Assembly (NCBI RefSeq): GCF_030684315.1
Contig: NC_081380.1
Coordinates: 3,810,342 to 3,874,341, forward strand
Length of the DNA stretch: 64,000 nt
Direction of reading: 5' to 3'
From: Stegostoma tigrinum
Lineage: Eukaryota
Shown: positions 12,970 to 25,265 of the stretch, in pieces
Numbering within the stretch: the stretch's first letter is position 1
How the letters are laid out: each line of letters opens with the position of its first letter
Position numbers and translations under genes: made by a program
The notes under the pieces: generated by a model
Seen by the model: the letters and a program-made list of their open reading frames with translations, nothing else
What the model was told of the DNA's origin: nothing
Database searches by the model: none

Positions 12970-15900
12970 ATCATAGAGCCTTTGAGGTCTACAGCACCGA
13001 AAAAGGCCTTTGGGCCCACAGAGGCTGTGCTAGTCATTAATAACCACCTATTCTAATCCATTTTCCAGTGCTTAATCCCTTTCTTTGTATGCCTTGGCAT
13101 CACAAGTGAACATATAAACACTTTTCATATGTTTTTGTGGATTTCTTTCTCTACTACCCTTACAAGTAGTGAGCTCCAGATTCCCACCAGCCTCTCTTCA
13201 TAACTGAATGTCTCCAGCCTGGGCAACATCCTGACAAATCTTCTCTGCACCCCCTCCAGTGCTATCACATTTCCCCTTATAATGTGTTTTCTAGAATTGT
13301 ACACAATACTCTAGCTGTGTGCCCAAACCAACATTTTACGCAGTTCCAGCTTAACCTCCCTGCAGTTGAATCCTGTGCCTCGGTTAATAAAGCCAAGTGT
13401 ATATATGCCTACTTAACTCCTTTATTCACCTGTTCTGATACCTTAAGGGACCTGTGTACATACGAACCAAGGTCCCTGTGATCCCCGGTGCTTCCCAGGA
13501 TCCTACTGTTCATCAAGTATTCCCTTGCCTTTCTTGTCCTGACCAAAGGCATCACCTCACATTTATCTGGATTCAGTTCCATTTGCCACTGATCAGCCCA
13601 CTATCATCCCCCCACCCACACTAATTTTCCTATCATCTGTGAACTTACCAAACAACCCTCCTACATTCAAACATAAATCATTTTTATAAACTGCAAACAG
13701 AAAAAGCCCATAAAACTGATCCCTGTGGGACCCCGCTGGACCATATTTCCAGCCAGATAAGCACCCCTCAACTGTTACTCTCTGCTTCATGCCAGTCAGC
13801 CAATTCTGGGCCCAATTTGCCAAACCTCTTTGGATCCATAGCCTCCTACCTTCATTATCAGTCTCTAATGCAGGACATTATGTAAGGCCTTGCTGAAGTC
13901 CCAATAGACTACACTGAATGTATTGCCCTCATCTACACACTTGGTCACCTCTTTGAAAAATTTAGCCACATTGGTCAGACATGGTCTCCCCTTAACAAGC
14001 CATGCTGTTTGCTCTTGATTAATCCCCTTCTCTCCAAATGCAGATTAATTCTGTTCCTCAGAATTGCTTCCAGCAGGTTACCCCATTGCTGACGTTAGAC
14101 TGACTGGCCTGTAGACTCCTGGTTTATCCTTTGCTGCCTTCTTGAGTTGGCTGTCCTCCAGCCTTCTGCCACTTCTCCTGTGGCCAGAGAGGAGTTGAAA
14201 ATTATTGCCAAAGTTCCTGCTATTTCTTCCCTTGCTTCACTCAACCACCTGAGATATATTTATCTACTTTTAAGTCTGCCAGACACTCAGAACCTCCCCT
14301 ATATACCTTTCTATATCCACATTGTCTCATTCATTAGTTAATACCAAACTAAAGCATTCATTTAGAATGCTACTTATGTCTTCTGGCTCCCTTCACAAAT
14401 TACTGCTGTGGTCCTTAATGGGCTCTAATCTTTCCCGAGTTAATTAACTCATAAAATAATTTAAAATTTTCCTTTATTTTACCTCTTATAAACCTGTGCC
14501 TCCTTTTAGCTATCCTATTTTCCTTTTTTATGTCTCCCCTTGTATATTCTATACTCCTCCAGGGTTTATCTTGTTTTGAGGTCTCAGTATCTGCTGCAAC
14601 GCTCCTTTTTTCTCTTTAACCAGTGCTGCTTATTCCTCCATATCCAGGGTTCACAGGATTTGTTGGTCCCACCCTTTATTTCATTGGAATGTGTTGGTCT
14701 GTACTCTCTATATTTCCTTCTTGAATGCATCCCATTCTTCTGACACAGATATACCTGATAGCATCTGCTGTCAGTCCACTCTGGCTAAATCATATCTGAC
14801 TCTTAAAATTGGCCTTCCCACAGTTTAGAACTTTGATTTCAGGTCCAACTTGTTCTTTTCCAAAACAATCTTAAATCTAAGCGAGCAATGATCACTACCT
14901 GTAAAATGCTCCCCCACTGACATTGCAACCACTGGCCCAACTTTGTTACCTAAAATTAAATCCAGGACCACTCCCTCTCTTAGATAACAAAGTGTGGGGC
15001 TGGATGAACACAGCAGGCCAAGCAGCATCTCAGGAGCACAAAAGCTGACCTTTCGGGCCTAGACCCTTCATCAGAGAGAGGGGGATGGGGAGAGGGAACT
15101 GGAATAAATAGGGAGAGAGGGGGAGGCGGACCGAAGATGGAGAGTAAAGAAGATAGGTGGAGAGGGTGTAGGTGGGGAGAGGATAGGTCAGTCTGGGGAG
15201 GACGGACAGGTCAAGGAGGCGGGATGAGGTTAGTAGATGGGAAGTGGAGGTGCGGCTTGAGGTGGGAGGATGGGATAGGTGAGAGGAAGAAGAGGTTAGG
15301 GAGGTGGGGACAAGCCTGGCTGGTTTTGGGATGCTGTGGGGGGAGGGGACGAGCTGGGCTGATTTTGGGATGCAGTGGGGGGAGGGGACGAGCTGGGCTG
15401 ATTTTGGGATGCAGTGGGGGAAGGGGAGATTTTGAAGCTTGTGAAATCCTCTCACCTCCACCTCCCCTCCTCCCACCTCAAGCCACACCTCCATTTCCCA
15501 CCTACTAACCTCATCCCGCCTGCTTGACCTGTCCATCCTCCCCAGACTGACCTATCCCCTCCCCACCTATACTCTCCTCTCCACCTATCTTCTCTATCCA
15601 TCTTCGGTCCACCTCCCCCTCTCTCCCTATTTATTTCAGAACCCTCTCCCCATCCCCCTCTCTGATGAAGGGTCTAGGCCCAAAACATCAGCTTTTGTGC
15701 TCCCAAGATGCTGCTTGGCCTGCTGTGTTCATCCAGCTTCACACTTTGTTATCTTGGATTCTCCAGCATCCGCAGTCCCCATTATCTCCCCACTCCCTCT
15801 CTTGTTGAACTTTCTATATACTATCTGAAAAAACCGTCCTGGCTGCATTTTAAGAAATCTACTCGCTCGAAGCATTTCACTCTACAAGTCAATATTGGGG

Positions 15901-16250
15901 AAAGAAATCCCCTAGATCACTATCCTATCACCTTTATATTCTTTGCAAAAAATGTTCAACACTTTCTCTGACCTGTAAAAGCCAACTTGAGAGAGAAAAC
16001 ATTTTTTCCTGACTATCTGCATCAACATTGCAGCCATCCCTCCCCTTATAGCTTTCAATATTCTGATTAAATTCAAAGACATTACTGTAAGGAGAACAAT
16101 CCCAATGTCTTCAATCCCTGCAAAGGATCTGAAGGTCCCTAACCCTTGGTACCATTCTGTTGACTGTACCAGCACAATATGTCCTTTTATGGATGTGGTG
16201 TCCTGGATATCTCACATGAGGCTTTTTCAAGGTTCTGCATGATCCTGTTG
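12970..16250 (-). mobile_element. Degraded CR1 LINE ORF2, interrupted by the fold-back insert at 14982-15789
   Basis: Frames read NWAQNWLTGMKQRVTVEG and REGVVLDLILGN....VGEHF.GSDH (endonuclease end). The LINE sequence resumes after the insert. Confidence 0.8.
14982..15789. mobile_element. 808-bp fold-back pair of Penelope pLTR fragments, 14-bp TSD
   Basis: CCACTCCCTCTCTT at 14968-14981 and 15790-15803. Minus arm ~14982-15447, plus arm ~15448-15789. Mutated hammerhead cores at ~15047-15074 (-) and ~15662-15689 (+). About 3 tandem 41-bp units at 15300-15422. Confidence 0.9.
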
Positions 16251-16842
16251 TTTTTGTAAACTCCCAAGCACCCACCCCCAGTTATGGAGATGGAGAAATA
16301 ATCAGTGGCTAACTGACAATAATATGTTTTAAACAGATGCTTAAACCCGTGAGTTTAATGCCTGGCTTCTTCTTAAGTAGTAAAAGAAAGACGAATGTTT
16401 ATTATTCGACACCTTATTATTCAACAAACCCACATGCACTCACTTTAGAAGAGATGGTGATTACACAATAGCATGTCTAAAAGTCTATGATTTTCAGAGT
16501 TTTCTGCAGTACTTGCTTATCCCTGGGCAAGACTGGAAATGGTGTTGATGTCGAATCCTTTCTTTGTGCCTTCCACTGAAGGGAAAATCTCTGGTGACCT
16601 GAAGGACAGGTTCACTGGTGTTTTATGTTCACAGAAGCAGATTTCTTCAGTCAGGATGAGATGTAGTGGTAAAGCTCTGCCGCAGTCCTGTAGTCAGAGG
16701 GATATTAAGAGCTGGATTCCCTGTCTATTGGCGTTCCTCAGGCAGGCACTTTTTGCTAGGTTAGATGTTTCTGCCTTCGTAATCTTCCTTATCAGAAAGC
16801 TCTTGTGATCAGAATATTTCTTTCTGTTGTCTCTGTAGTGAT

Positions 16843-17041
16843 TATAATGAGGCCGTCCAGATGGACATCGTACAATATGAGTTCCCTGACCAGGACTGTA
16901 AACTGGGCCAATCAGGGAGCACTGGCTGACATAAAAGGGTGAGTGTTGGGGATATTTACCCCGCGAATGCCTGAAAGGCTAGGCATTTTCAAATAAAACG
17001 GTGATTAGTGGTGGGATGCCAGCCTTTGAAGAGCTATTTCA
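16843..17041 (+). mobile_element. Short solo-LTR-like repeat
   Basis: Homologous to 63396-63611: CCAAT box, TATA-like element, AATAAA, ends TTTCA. No TSD seen. Confidence 0.55.
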
Positions 17042-19394
17042 GGCCTCATAAACAGTTTTGATGGGTTGGACATTGTCAAACAAAGCAATTTAGGCATCAT
17101 CCACTTGCCCTCTTGATAAAATAATGCTTCTCAGATCCATTTCCTTTTGGAGTCAAAAGGTTGGCATCAGTAAGCTGAAGCCAGCCTTTTTAATTAATTG
17201 GAGAATGGGCACCATTAACCACAAGAGGGTCATTGGTACTTTAATGACTTTTCAAACATATGTCCAGAAAGGGTATTTTCATTTTAGTAACTTAGTCAAG
17301 ATTTGTTCAGATATAAGAAATAGCTCAGGGTTCGCCTGACCTCAACTCTATTTAGTTAACAGACAAGTGTTAATTCATAACTTTATATTTATGACTCATA
17401 AGTTTGTATTGTGTTACTATGACATCCTATTTACACAACTATTTATCCCATAAACTTCTTATCAACGTGCTTTCCCACCGTCCAGATTTGAGAACATTTA
17501 ACCCCATATCCCTCAAAATAATGCTAATCAAGATTATGTAGCTTTGCCATGCTCCTAACTTTTGGCTGTTCACCAAATTGTATCAGCCATACGGCTGCCC
17601 ATCTCACTGCTCTATGTCCTCCTGAAGTTTGCCACTGTCCTGTTCCCTATTTACCAATTGGCACATTTGTATTAACTACAGACTTCAAACTTGTACACAC
17701 AGAGTTTGCAAACATTTTCCCTCTGTGACCCCATTTTGAGGCTTGCAATCCTTCAACGAAACTGACAGTAAGAGAAGACCCGTGAGAGTGGGGCAAGCAG
17801 GCTGGAGCTCCTCATTGACCATTGCTGCCTCAGAGCTTGTGATTCCAGCCTTTCAGCTTACAACCCCAACTGGGGTCCTAACTTCCCACTTTGGGAACCC
17901 CTGTCCTATATCCAAGTTCAGGCCCCTTATGTTTGCCATGAAAAGTAATATTCCTATTACTATGCAAGGTGTCTTCAGTTAGAAAAGTATCTATTCAAAA
18001 TATGTTATCTTAATCTCTTAGTCAGTTATACATCCACGTCACTGCAGACCTTATAATGCCACAATGTATTTGTTTAATCAATCTATTTCGAGGTACTTTA
18101 GCCAAATGTCTTGAAGACTCCACTTATATATTTACTGCTTTACTTTTGTTAAGTTTCTCTGGTACGGTTAGTTAGACTATTTCCATTGTCAAATGCTGTG
18201 CTGATTGCATCTTATCAACAAACATTTCTCCAAGTCAGAATTCACTTCTTCCAGACAATTCTTTCCTGAAGCTTTACACATCAATGACGTGACACTTCCC
18301 ACTCATAGCTATCATGATTATCCTTGTCCCCTATGACAGAACAATGTCTATGCCACTTTAGGGATAGGTGACAAATACTGGCCCAGACAGAGATGCCCGT
18401 GTCTCATGAGCGAACAGACAAAATTTTACAATATTCCTGTCCTCAAGGACCACTCCCATATCTAAGAAGGATCAAAGAATTGTGGTCAGAGCTTCTGTTA
18501 CCTCCACCCTAGCTTCCCTTAGTAACCAAAACATGGCCCATCTGGACTAGGTGGCCAGTTCACTTTGTTTGCTGCCAGCTTCTTAAGCAACCCCTTTCTA
18601 TCTATTTTCATCTTGTCTGCTGTCTCTGCCTGCTCCTCCTGTCTTGTGACATTAACGCTATCCTCTTCCATGTGAAGACCAATGCAAAGTCCCAGTTCCT
18701 TGACAAAGATTACCTTTCCTCTTCCTAATTGACCCTGTTTTTCCTTCGGCACTCTTTACTTTCCTATATTTATAAAAGATGTATATATTTTTAAAATTGC
18801 CTGCTATTCTGTGCCCAGAATCTCTTTGTCCCTTTTCACTTGTACAACTACTTTCTCATTCCACTTGCTTTTTAACTGTATCCTTGACTGATGTCTATCT
18901 ACCTCTTATTTGTGATTCGATTTATTTGAGCTTATTGTTTCCTCTCCTCATCTTACAACCATGGGCTAGCATTTATTGGCCATCCCTAAGATTTTGACCA
19001 CTTTGCTATAGGCATAGGGCCATAGGTAGGCCAGACCAGGTAGGGTCAGCAGATTTTCTTCCCTCAGGGATGTCAGTGAACCCCAATAAGAAGTGACAGT
19101 GTTACATCACCACTATTAGGCCAACTTTTTAATGACTTCAAATTTTACCATGTGCCATCTTGGGATTCAAGCCCATGTCTCCAAAACGCTAGGGTTGGGT
19201 TCTGGACAAATCGCCCAGTGACATTAACAGTACGCCACTAGTGCTCCAATTTTTAAGTAAATCTTTTGCACCTCCAGAATTATCAAAAAGAAAAGACAAA
19301 ATATATTTGATACAGGGCACTCTGGTTGTATTTTGTTCACCCAATGGCTAATCCAGTAAATGCTGCTGAGCTCTAATTGATGATGTGAGTTGGA

Positions 19395-20030
19395 TGGTTG
19401 GCAGCGGGTGGAAGGTGTTAGGTTACAGGAGGATATAGATGGATTGGTTGGATGGACAGAGCAGTAGCTGATGGAGTTTAACTCTGATAAATGTGAAGTG
19501 TTGCAGTTTGGAAGAAGGAACAAGACATGGGAGTACTCAATAAATAATGAGACACTAGGGACCTCAAAGCAACAGAGGTGTTTATCCACAGATCCCTGGA
19601 GGTGGACAGGTTACTAGGATAATTAAGAAGGCATATGGACAGTTGCTTGTCATGCAATAAATTATAAGAGCAGGGAGGTGATGTTGGAGCTGTATAGGAA
19701 TTAGTTAGAGTACTGTGTGCAGTTCTGGCCATCGCTCTATCAGGGAGATGTGATTGTACTTAAAGGTGTGTGAAAGAGATTCACAAGGATGTTACCTGGG
19801 ATGGAGTACTTCAGTGATGAAAAGAGGCTGGATAAGCTCAGGTTGTTTCTTTTGGAGCGGAGAAGGTTGAGAGGTGACTGATAGAGGTGTATAAGATTAT
19901 AAGGGGCATGGCCAGGGCAGGGAGAAAGCATTTGTTCCCCTTAGTTGAAGGGTCAGTAAGAGGAGAATTGAAAAAAACTCTTTTTTTCACCTGGAAACCT
20001 CACAATCTTTAAAAAGTACTTGGATGAGCA
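19395..20030 (+). mobile_element. CR1 LINE 3' fragment, degraded
   Basis: Homologous to other CR1 ORF2 ends here (..gagtttaactctgataaatgtgaagtgttgcagtttgg.., ..gagaggtgactgatagaggt..). Confidence 0.8.
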
Positions 20031-21843
20031 CTAATTTGTAAGCTGCTGTGCCAAAGGTTCATACGCAAAACATTAGCTTCTCTCTACTCTCCACCAATGC
20101 TACGTGGTCTTATTGAACATTCCCAGCAGCTTCTGGGGCAAGAAACTTATTTTTATGCAGCTAGTGGTGGTGTGTGAACTTCCACAAGGGGTTAAGCGTT
20201 CATACTGCTGTGTCTACTTGTTGGTGAAAATAATCTGAAGATGGCAACTTCATGGTTAACTCTAAAAGGGAAAGCGTAGTCAAATCTGAGGATACAGGTA
20301 AGTATTGGGATCATTTATACAAATGGGCAGACGGATGTAACTTAATACCAATAAACGCAAAGTGTTGGAGGAAATGATGAGCAACATTAGTACAGAATCA
20401 GCACAGAGTGGTTTAGGAAAGCACTTGCAATGAATACATGCCCCAGGCAACATTGTTAACAATGAGATTAACGGATTGGTTGTATAAAACCACTACAACA
20501 GCATTAAGTATCAAACGCCATGCTGAATCTCTACAAGTGATTGACTACGCCACAACTGCACAATTGCATTGGACTCAGTGCCAGCTGGTTGTGGGGGGAT
20601 GGCAGTAGACTGGAGATCTCATAATACAGAGGGTAGCATCAAGGCTGTGGGGGGCTTGGGTTCAAATCCCTAGTCCAACAACTGGCGGAATTTTAAAACA
20701 AAATCAATCAGTATATGATCTAGAATTTAACATTAGTTTCAGTAATGGTGACTGTGACTCAATTGTTAAGAAGACCATCATGTTCACTGAGAATGACAGA
20801 ATCCCCACAGTGAGTCCACACCAAATCTCCAAAGAGCATCCCTGTCAGACCCAAATCCCTCCCTGTCCCTGTAACCCTACATTTTCCCATGGCTAATCCA
20901 CCTAGCCTGCACATCCATGGTCCACTTCCTCCTGTCCCACTCTGGAGGCCTGAAATGACACCATGCCAGAGAGTTATCCAACATGAAAACAGACCTTTCG
21001 GTCCACTAGTCCGTGCAGACCATGTTCACTCAAGGGAAGGAAATCTGCCTTCTTTACCTGGTCTGGCCTACACGTGACTCCAAACCCACAGCCATATGGG
21101 TGACTCTTAACTGCCCACTGAAATAGCCTGGAAAGCTATGTAGTTCAAGGGATATTGGGGATGGTACTAATAAATAAATAAGAAAATAAATAAGAAAAAT
21201 CTTCCACAAACTTCAATGGAATTGCCTACAATGGGCAGCCAATCCAATAATGCTTGTAGCCAGACAGTGAAGCAGACATGTATTTGACAGGGTATGTGTT
21301 GAAGCTGACTGGTAGATGAAGAGATTATATGGTCAACCTTGTTGAATATGTCACACCGATACTGCGCCTAAACTGTGACACCAGTGTGATACTGAATTGC
21401 TGGCCTCAGCTCATTCCCCCTGGGATTTCTCGCCATTTCTCCCATTCCCAAGATGCCTGACCAACAGTGAAAACCCATCCTTATATAGGGAATGTAGAGA
21501 CACATAAACTCGATTCAGATGGCAGAAAGAATGCGTTCACATAAGGGATGATTGATGTCAGGAATTATTTACCAGGAAGGTTAGTGCAGATTCAGGGTTT
21601 GAATTTGGACTCAGCGGGAATTACAGACGAAGAAATTTAACATTTGCCCATCACCATTCAACAATGAGAAGTGTCATTTCAGCACTGGAGGTTTCAGTGT
21701 TAGCTTAAGGTCAGTCTAGAAAAAGTCTCATCACTTTTCTTGCAGATAGTGCAGAGATACAAGCCTTTTAATCACATCTGTGGCTCCAAGCCAAACTGAC
21801 ACTCCAAGCCTCAGATTAAAGAGTTAAAGAAACTTACTCTTAC

Positions 21844-21986
21844 CCAATGATGTAAGCAAGCACTCCTAGCTGGATCAATCGAAAAATTAACCCAATTCTT
21901 TTGTTTCTGATGGTCACCATCCGAGGGGTGTCATACTCAAACAAAAAGTCAGAAACATTCGTGAGTAGTCTATCAGTTTCCATCAT
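21844..21986 (-). CDS. P2RX1: Coding exon 1 of a P2X purinoceptor (ATP-gated cation channel), best match P2X1
   Basis: Minus-strand translation is [48 protein letters not shown]. It has the P2X N-terminal YxTx(K/R) motif and TM1, and ends at a canonical phase-2 donor GG|GTAAG (intron starts 21843), where P2X exon 1 normally ends. PRMV..RNK..G.IFRLIQL fits P2X1 better than P2X4 (PRIV..RSRKVGLMNR). No exon 2 found downstream in the window. Confidence 0.93.
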
Positions 21987-22200
21987 TGCAGGGAGAGCCT
22001 GGTTCTAGCCAGAGTGAAAGCTCTGACCCCTTCAACGTGGCTGCAGTCACTGGAACATCTGCAAATGGGTGTCTGTTTGATAACTTGTTTAACCCTGATG
22101 GGAGGAGCCTGTTGACAAAGCTATTTCTTTAGTTAACAATCAGCACTTCCACTTATGGTCTGAGACCATCTGGGAGCTACCGATGTACTGTACATGCAAA
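21987..22200 (-). promoter_or_regulatory. Putative 5'UTR/proximal promoter of the P2X gene
   Basis: Repeat-free sequence directly upstream of the ATG. It contains an ETS core (GGAAGTG on minus, 22144-22150) overlapping a 1-mismatch CArG-like CCACTTATGG (22149-22158), plus TGATAA near 22078. Motifs are short and the TSS is unknown. Confidence 0.35.
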
Positions 22201-22587
22201 AAAAAGATGAGAAGTAAATCGATTTTTGTTAACTCTTTGTTAACTTTTGTGGCATTTCTTCTCCAGAGAGAGCAAGGGATGGGCCCCCAAGCTGCTGGTA
22301 TCATGGAGAATTCACTTGCTGTTTAAAAGCATGAAAGACAATTTAACCTTTTAACCATTTTTGAGCTGCATTTTCAAATGAATTTTCAGCTCCTTGGTGC
22401 AGTCTCTTTAAGGAATGGCAAGTTGAGGTGTCAGAAAACTGGCCATTAGGTCTCTGATGCGAGAGCTTCTGGAGACTTGCATATTGTACTCTCAACTTTA
22501 ATGTCGACAAGAGGAAGAATCCTATACTGTAGCCTTAGACACATTCAAGCAACATGGATGTCCATTTGAAAAGGCATGAAGGAAAAT

Positions 22588-22675
22588 GAAGGGTCTATGC
22601 CCAAAATGTCAGCTTTTGTGCTCCTGAGATGCTGCTTGGCCTGCTGTGTTCGTCCAGCTTCACACTTTGTTATCC
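22588..22675 (+). mobile_element. Solo Penelope pLTR fragment about 600 bp upstream of the P2X ATG
   Basis: Matches 1218-1321. AGGAAAAT at 22580-22587 and 22676-22683. Hammerhead core truncated. Confidence 0.8.
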
Positions 22676-23217
22676 AGGAAAATATTGTATAGCTTTTAAC
22701 ATGAAGTTTCTGCTTTGAGTTTAAAACTCCCATCCTAGTTTACAAATCTCTTCATGGCCAAGTCGTTCCCTATCTCTGTAACCTTCTCCTGCCCCACAAC
22801 CTTTCAGCATTCCTGATTTCAGTCGCTCCATCATTGCCAGCCATATCTTCAGTCGTCCTAAGCCCTAAGCTCTGGAATTCCCTCTTTTAAAACTCTCTTC
22901 CTGTTGACTCCATGATGTTCTTTGCATCTTATGTCTTTGACAAACTCTTCTGCCCAATTTGTTTAATATCTCCTTGTGTAAGCCATTATCAAATTTCATT
23001 CCATAACTGCCCCCTCCAGAGGACCTTGGGACTTTTATTTTACACAAAAGGCCAGCTGTTGTTGTAGATATCTTCATGCCCAGGCAGTAAAGATGTTGCT
23101 GCTCTCCTATTCATTATAGTCTCCAACTCTGACCTCAGTCTAAAGGTTGTGTTTCCAACTCCAAGACAAAAGATGGAGCTTGCGCACATTCTCTCCGTGT
23201 TCCCTCTAGGTGCTCCT

Positions 23218-23524
23218 GTCGAGTTCACACTGACCCTCTGAAGAACATCCCAGCTGCCCCCCCTACCCTTTAACCCCACATTTACCATGGTTAATTCACA
23301 CGGTCTGCACGACCCTGGACACTATGGGCAATTTAGCCCCGGCATCCACCTAACCTGCACATCTTTTGACTGTGGGAGGAAGCCAGACCACCCAGAGGAA
23401 ACCCACGCAGACACATGGAGAGTATGCAAGCTCCACATAGACAGTCACCTGAGGGTGAGAATTGAACCTGGGTCCCTGCTGCTGTGAGGCTGCAGTGCTA
23501 ACCACTGAGCTGGTGTGCTACCCC
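23218..23524 (-). mobile_element. HE1-type V-SINE
   Basis: Reverse complement of the tRNA head plus V-domain seen at 24947-25265. Confidence 0.85.
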
Positions 23525-23944
23525 AGTGTCTATAGTGAGCCAAATTTACAGCAGTGGACGTTATACTTTTACTTTAATACAAAGTTCATCACCTGCCTTG
23601 GGGTAATTTGAACTGATGTCTCTAGAATATTAGGCTTGGGTAGCTGGATTGCTAGTCCAATGACAGTACCATAGCACCATTGCTCCATCAAGTCCCATCT
23701 CAATGTTGACATTATTTCATCCCATCCTGCATTCTTTTCTCAAACAGGGTAGAGATAGTGGGGCAGTGCTTGGCAGTGACAAGTTCTCAGACGAGGGTCT
23801 TTGTTGCTTGTTAAATGTTTTATCAACAACCCAACTCTCCCTCAGGTCACTGTCTTACCAAACTCATCGTAGAAATTCTTCATCAGGAAATCTCGAATTG
23901 GAAACGAGTGCAGATTCAACACAAATACCAGGCACCAGCATGGG

Positions 23945-23946
<2 letters not shown>

Positions 23947-23983
<37 letters not shown>
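23947..23983. repeat. (CA)n microsatellite
   Basis: Direct reading. Confidence 0.95.
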
Positions 23984-23985
<2 letters not shown>

Positions 23986-24236
23986 ATCCACGGACATTTG
24001 CAGTTGACACATGTCAGTCTCGAACAAGTGTCATGGCACATCTCAGGGGAGGTGATGGCCTAGTGGTATTGTTGCTGGACTGTTAATCCAGGGACCCAGA
24101 TAACGTTCTTGGAACTCGGGTTCAAATCCCATCATGGCATTTGAATTCAATAAATGTCTGGAATTAAGAGTGTAATGATGACCATGAATCCAATGTAAAT
24201 TGTGGGGAAGAGCCCATCTGGTTCACTGACGCCCTT

Positions 24237-24886
24237 TAGAACATAGAACATAGAACATTACAGCACAGTACAGGCCCTTCAGCCCTCGATGTTGTGCCGA
24301 CCTGTCATACCGATCTCAAGCCCATCTAACCTACGCTATTCCATGTACGTCCATATGCTTGTCCAATGACGACTTAAATGTACCTGAAGTTGGCAAATCT
24401 ACTACTGTTGCAGGCAAAGTGTTCCATTCCCTTACTACTCTCTGAGTAAAGAAACTACCTCTGACATCTGTCCTATATCTTTCACCCCTCAATTTAAAGC
24501 TATGCCCCCTCATGCTTGCAGTCACTATCCTAGGAAAAAGGCTCTCCTTATCCATCCTATCTAACCCTCTGATTATTTTATATGTTTCAATTAAATCACC
24601 TCTCAACCTTCTTCTCTCTAATGAAAACAGCCTCAAGTCCCTCAGCCTTTCCTCGTAAGACCTTGCCTCCATACCAGGCAACATCCTAGTAAATCTCCTC
24701 TGCACCCTTTCCAAAGCTTCCACATCCTTCTTATAATGCAGTGACCAGAACTGTACGTAATACTCCAAGTGCGGCTGTACCAGAGTTTTGTACAGCTTCA
24801 CCATAACCTCTTGGTTCCGGAACTCGATCCCTCTATTAATAAAAGCTAAAACACTGTATGCCTTCTTAACAGCCCTGTCAACCTGG
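24237..24886 (-). mobile_element. Young 5'-truncated CR1 LINE
   Basis: Uninterrupted ORF 24331-24804 (LYKTLVQPHLEYYVQFWS...FFTQRVVREWN) and a (TTCTATG)n tail. Confidence 0.93.
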
Positions 24887-24946
24887 GAAGGAAACTGCCA
24901 TCCTTACCTGGTCTGGCCCACATGTGACTCCTGACCCATAGCAATG

Positions 24947-25265
24947 GGGTGGCACGGTGGCTCAGTGTTTAGCACTGCAGCCTCACAGCGCCAGGGATCT
25001 AGGTTCAATTCCAGCCTCGGGCAACTGTCTGTGTGGAGTTTGCACATTCTCCCTGTGTCTGCGTGGGTTTCCTCCGGGTGCTCTGATTTCCTCCCACAGT
25101 CCAAAGATGTGTAGGCTAGGTGGATCGGCCATGCTAAATTGCCCGTAGCGTTCAGGGGTGTGTGGGTTACAGGGGAAATGGGCCTGGGTGGGACGCTTCA
25201 AGGGGCAGTGTGGACTTGTTGGGCTGAAGGGCCTGTTTCCACACTGTAGGGAATCTAATCTAATA
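24947..25265 (+). mobile_element. HE1-type V-SINE, near full length
   Basis: A box TGGCTCAGTG, B box GGTTCAATTCC (25002-25012), V-domain (tgtgtggagtttgcacattctccc..gtgggtttcctccggg), and a CR1-like tail. Confidence 0.92.

Noticed and set aside
24947-25015. tRNA-like sequence with A and B boxes
   Set aside because: It is the head of an HE1 SINE and continues directly into the V-domain; not a tRNA gene.
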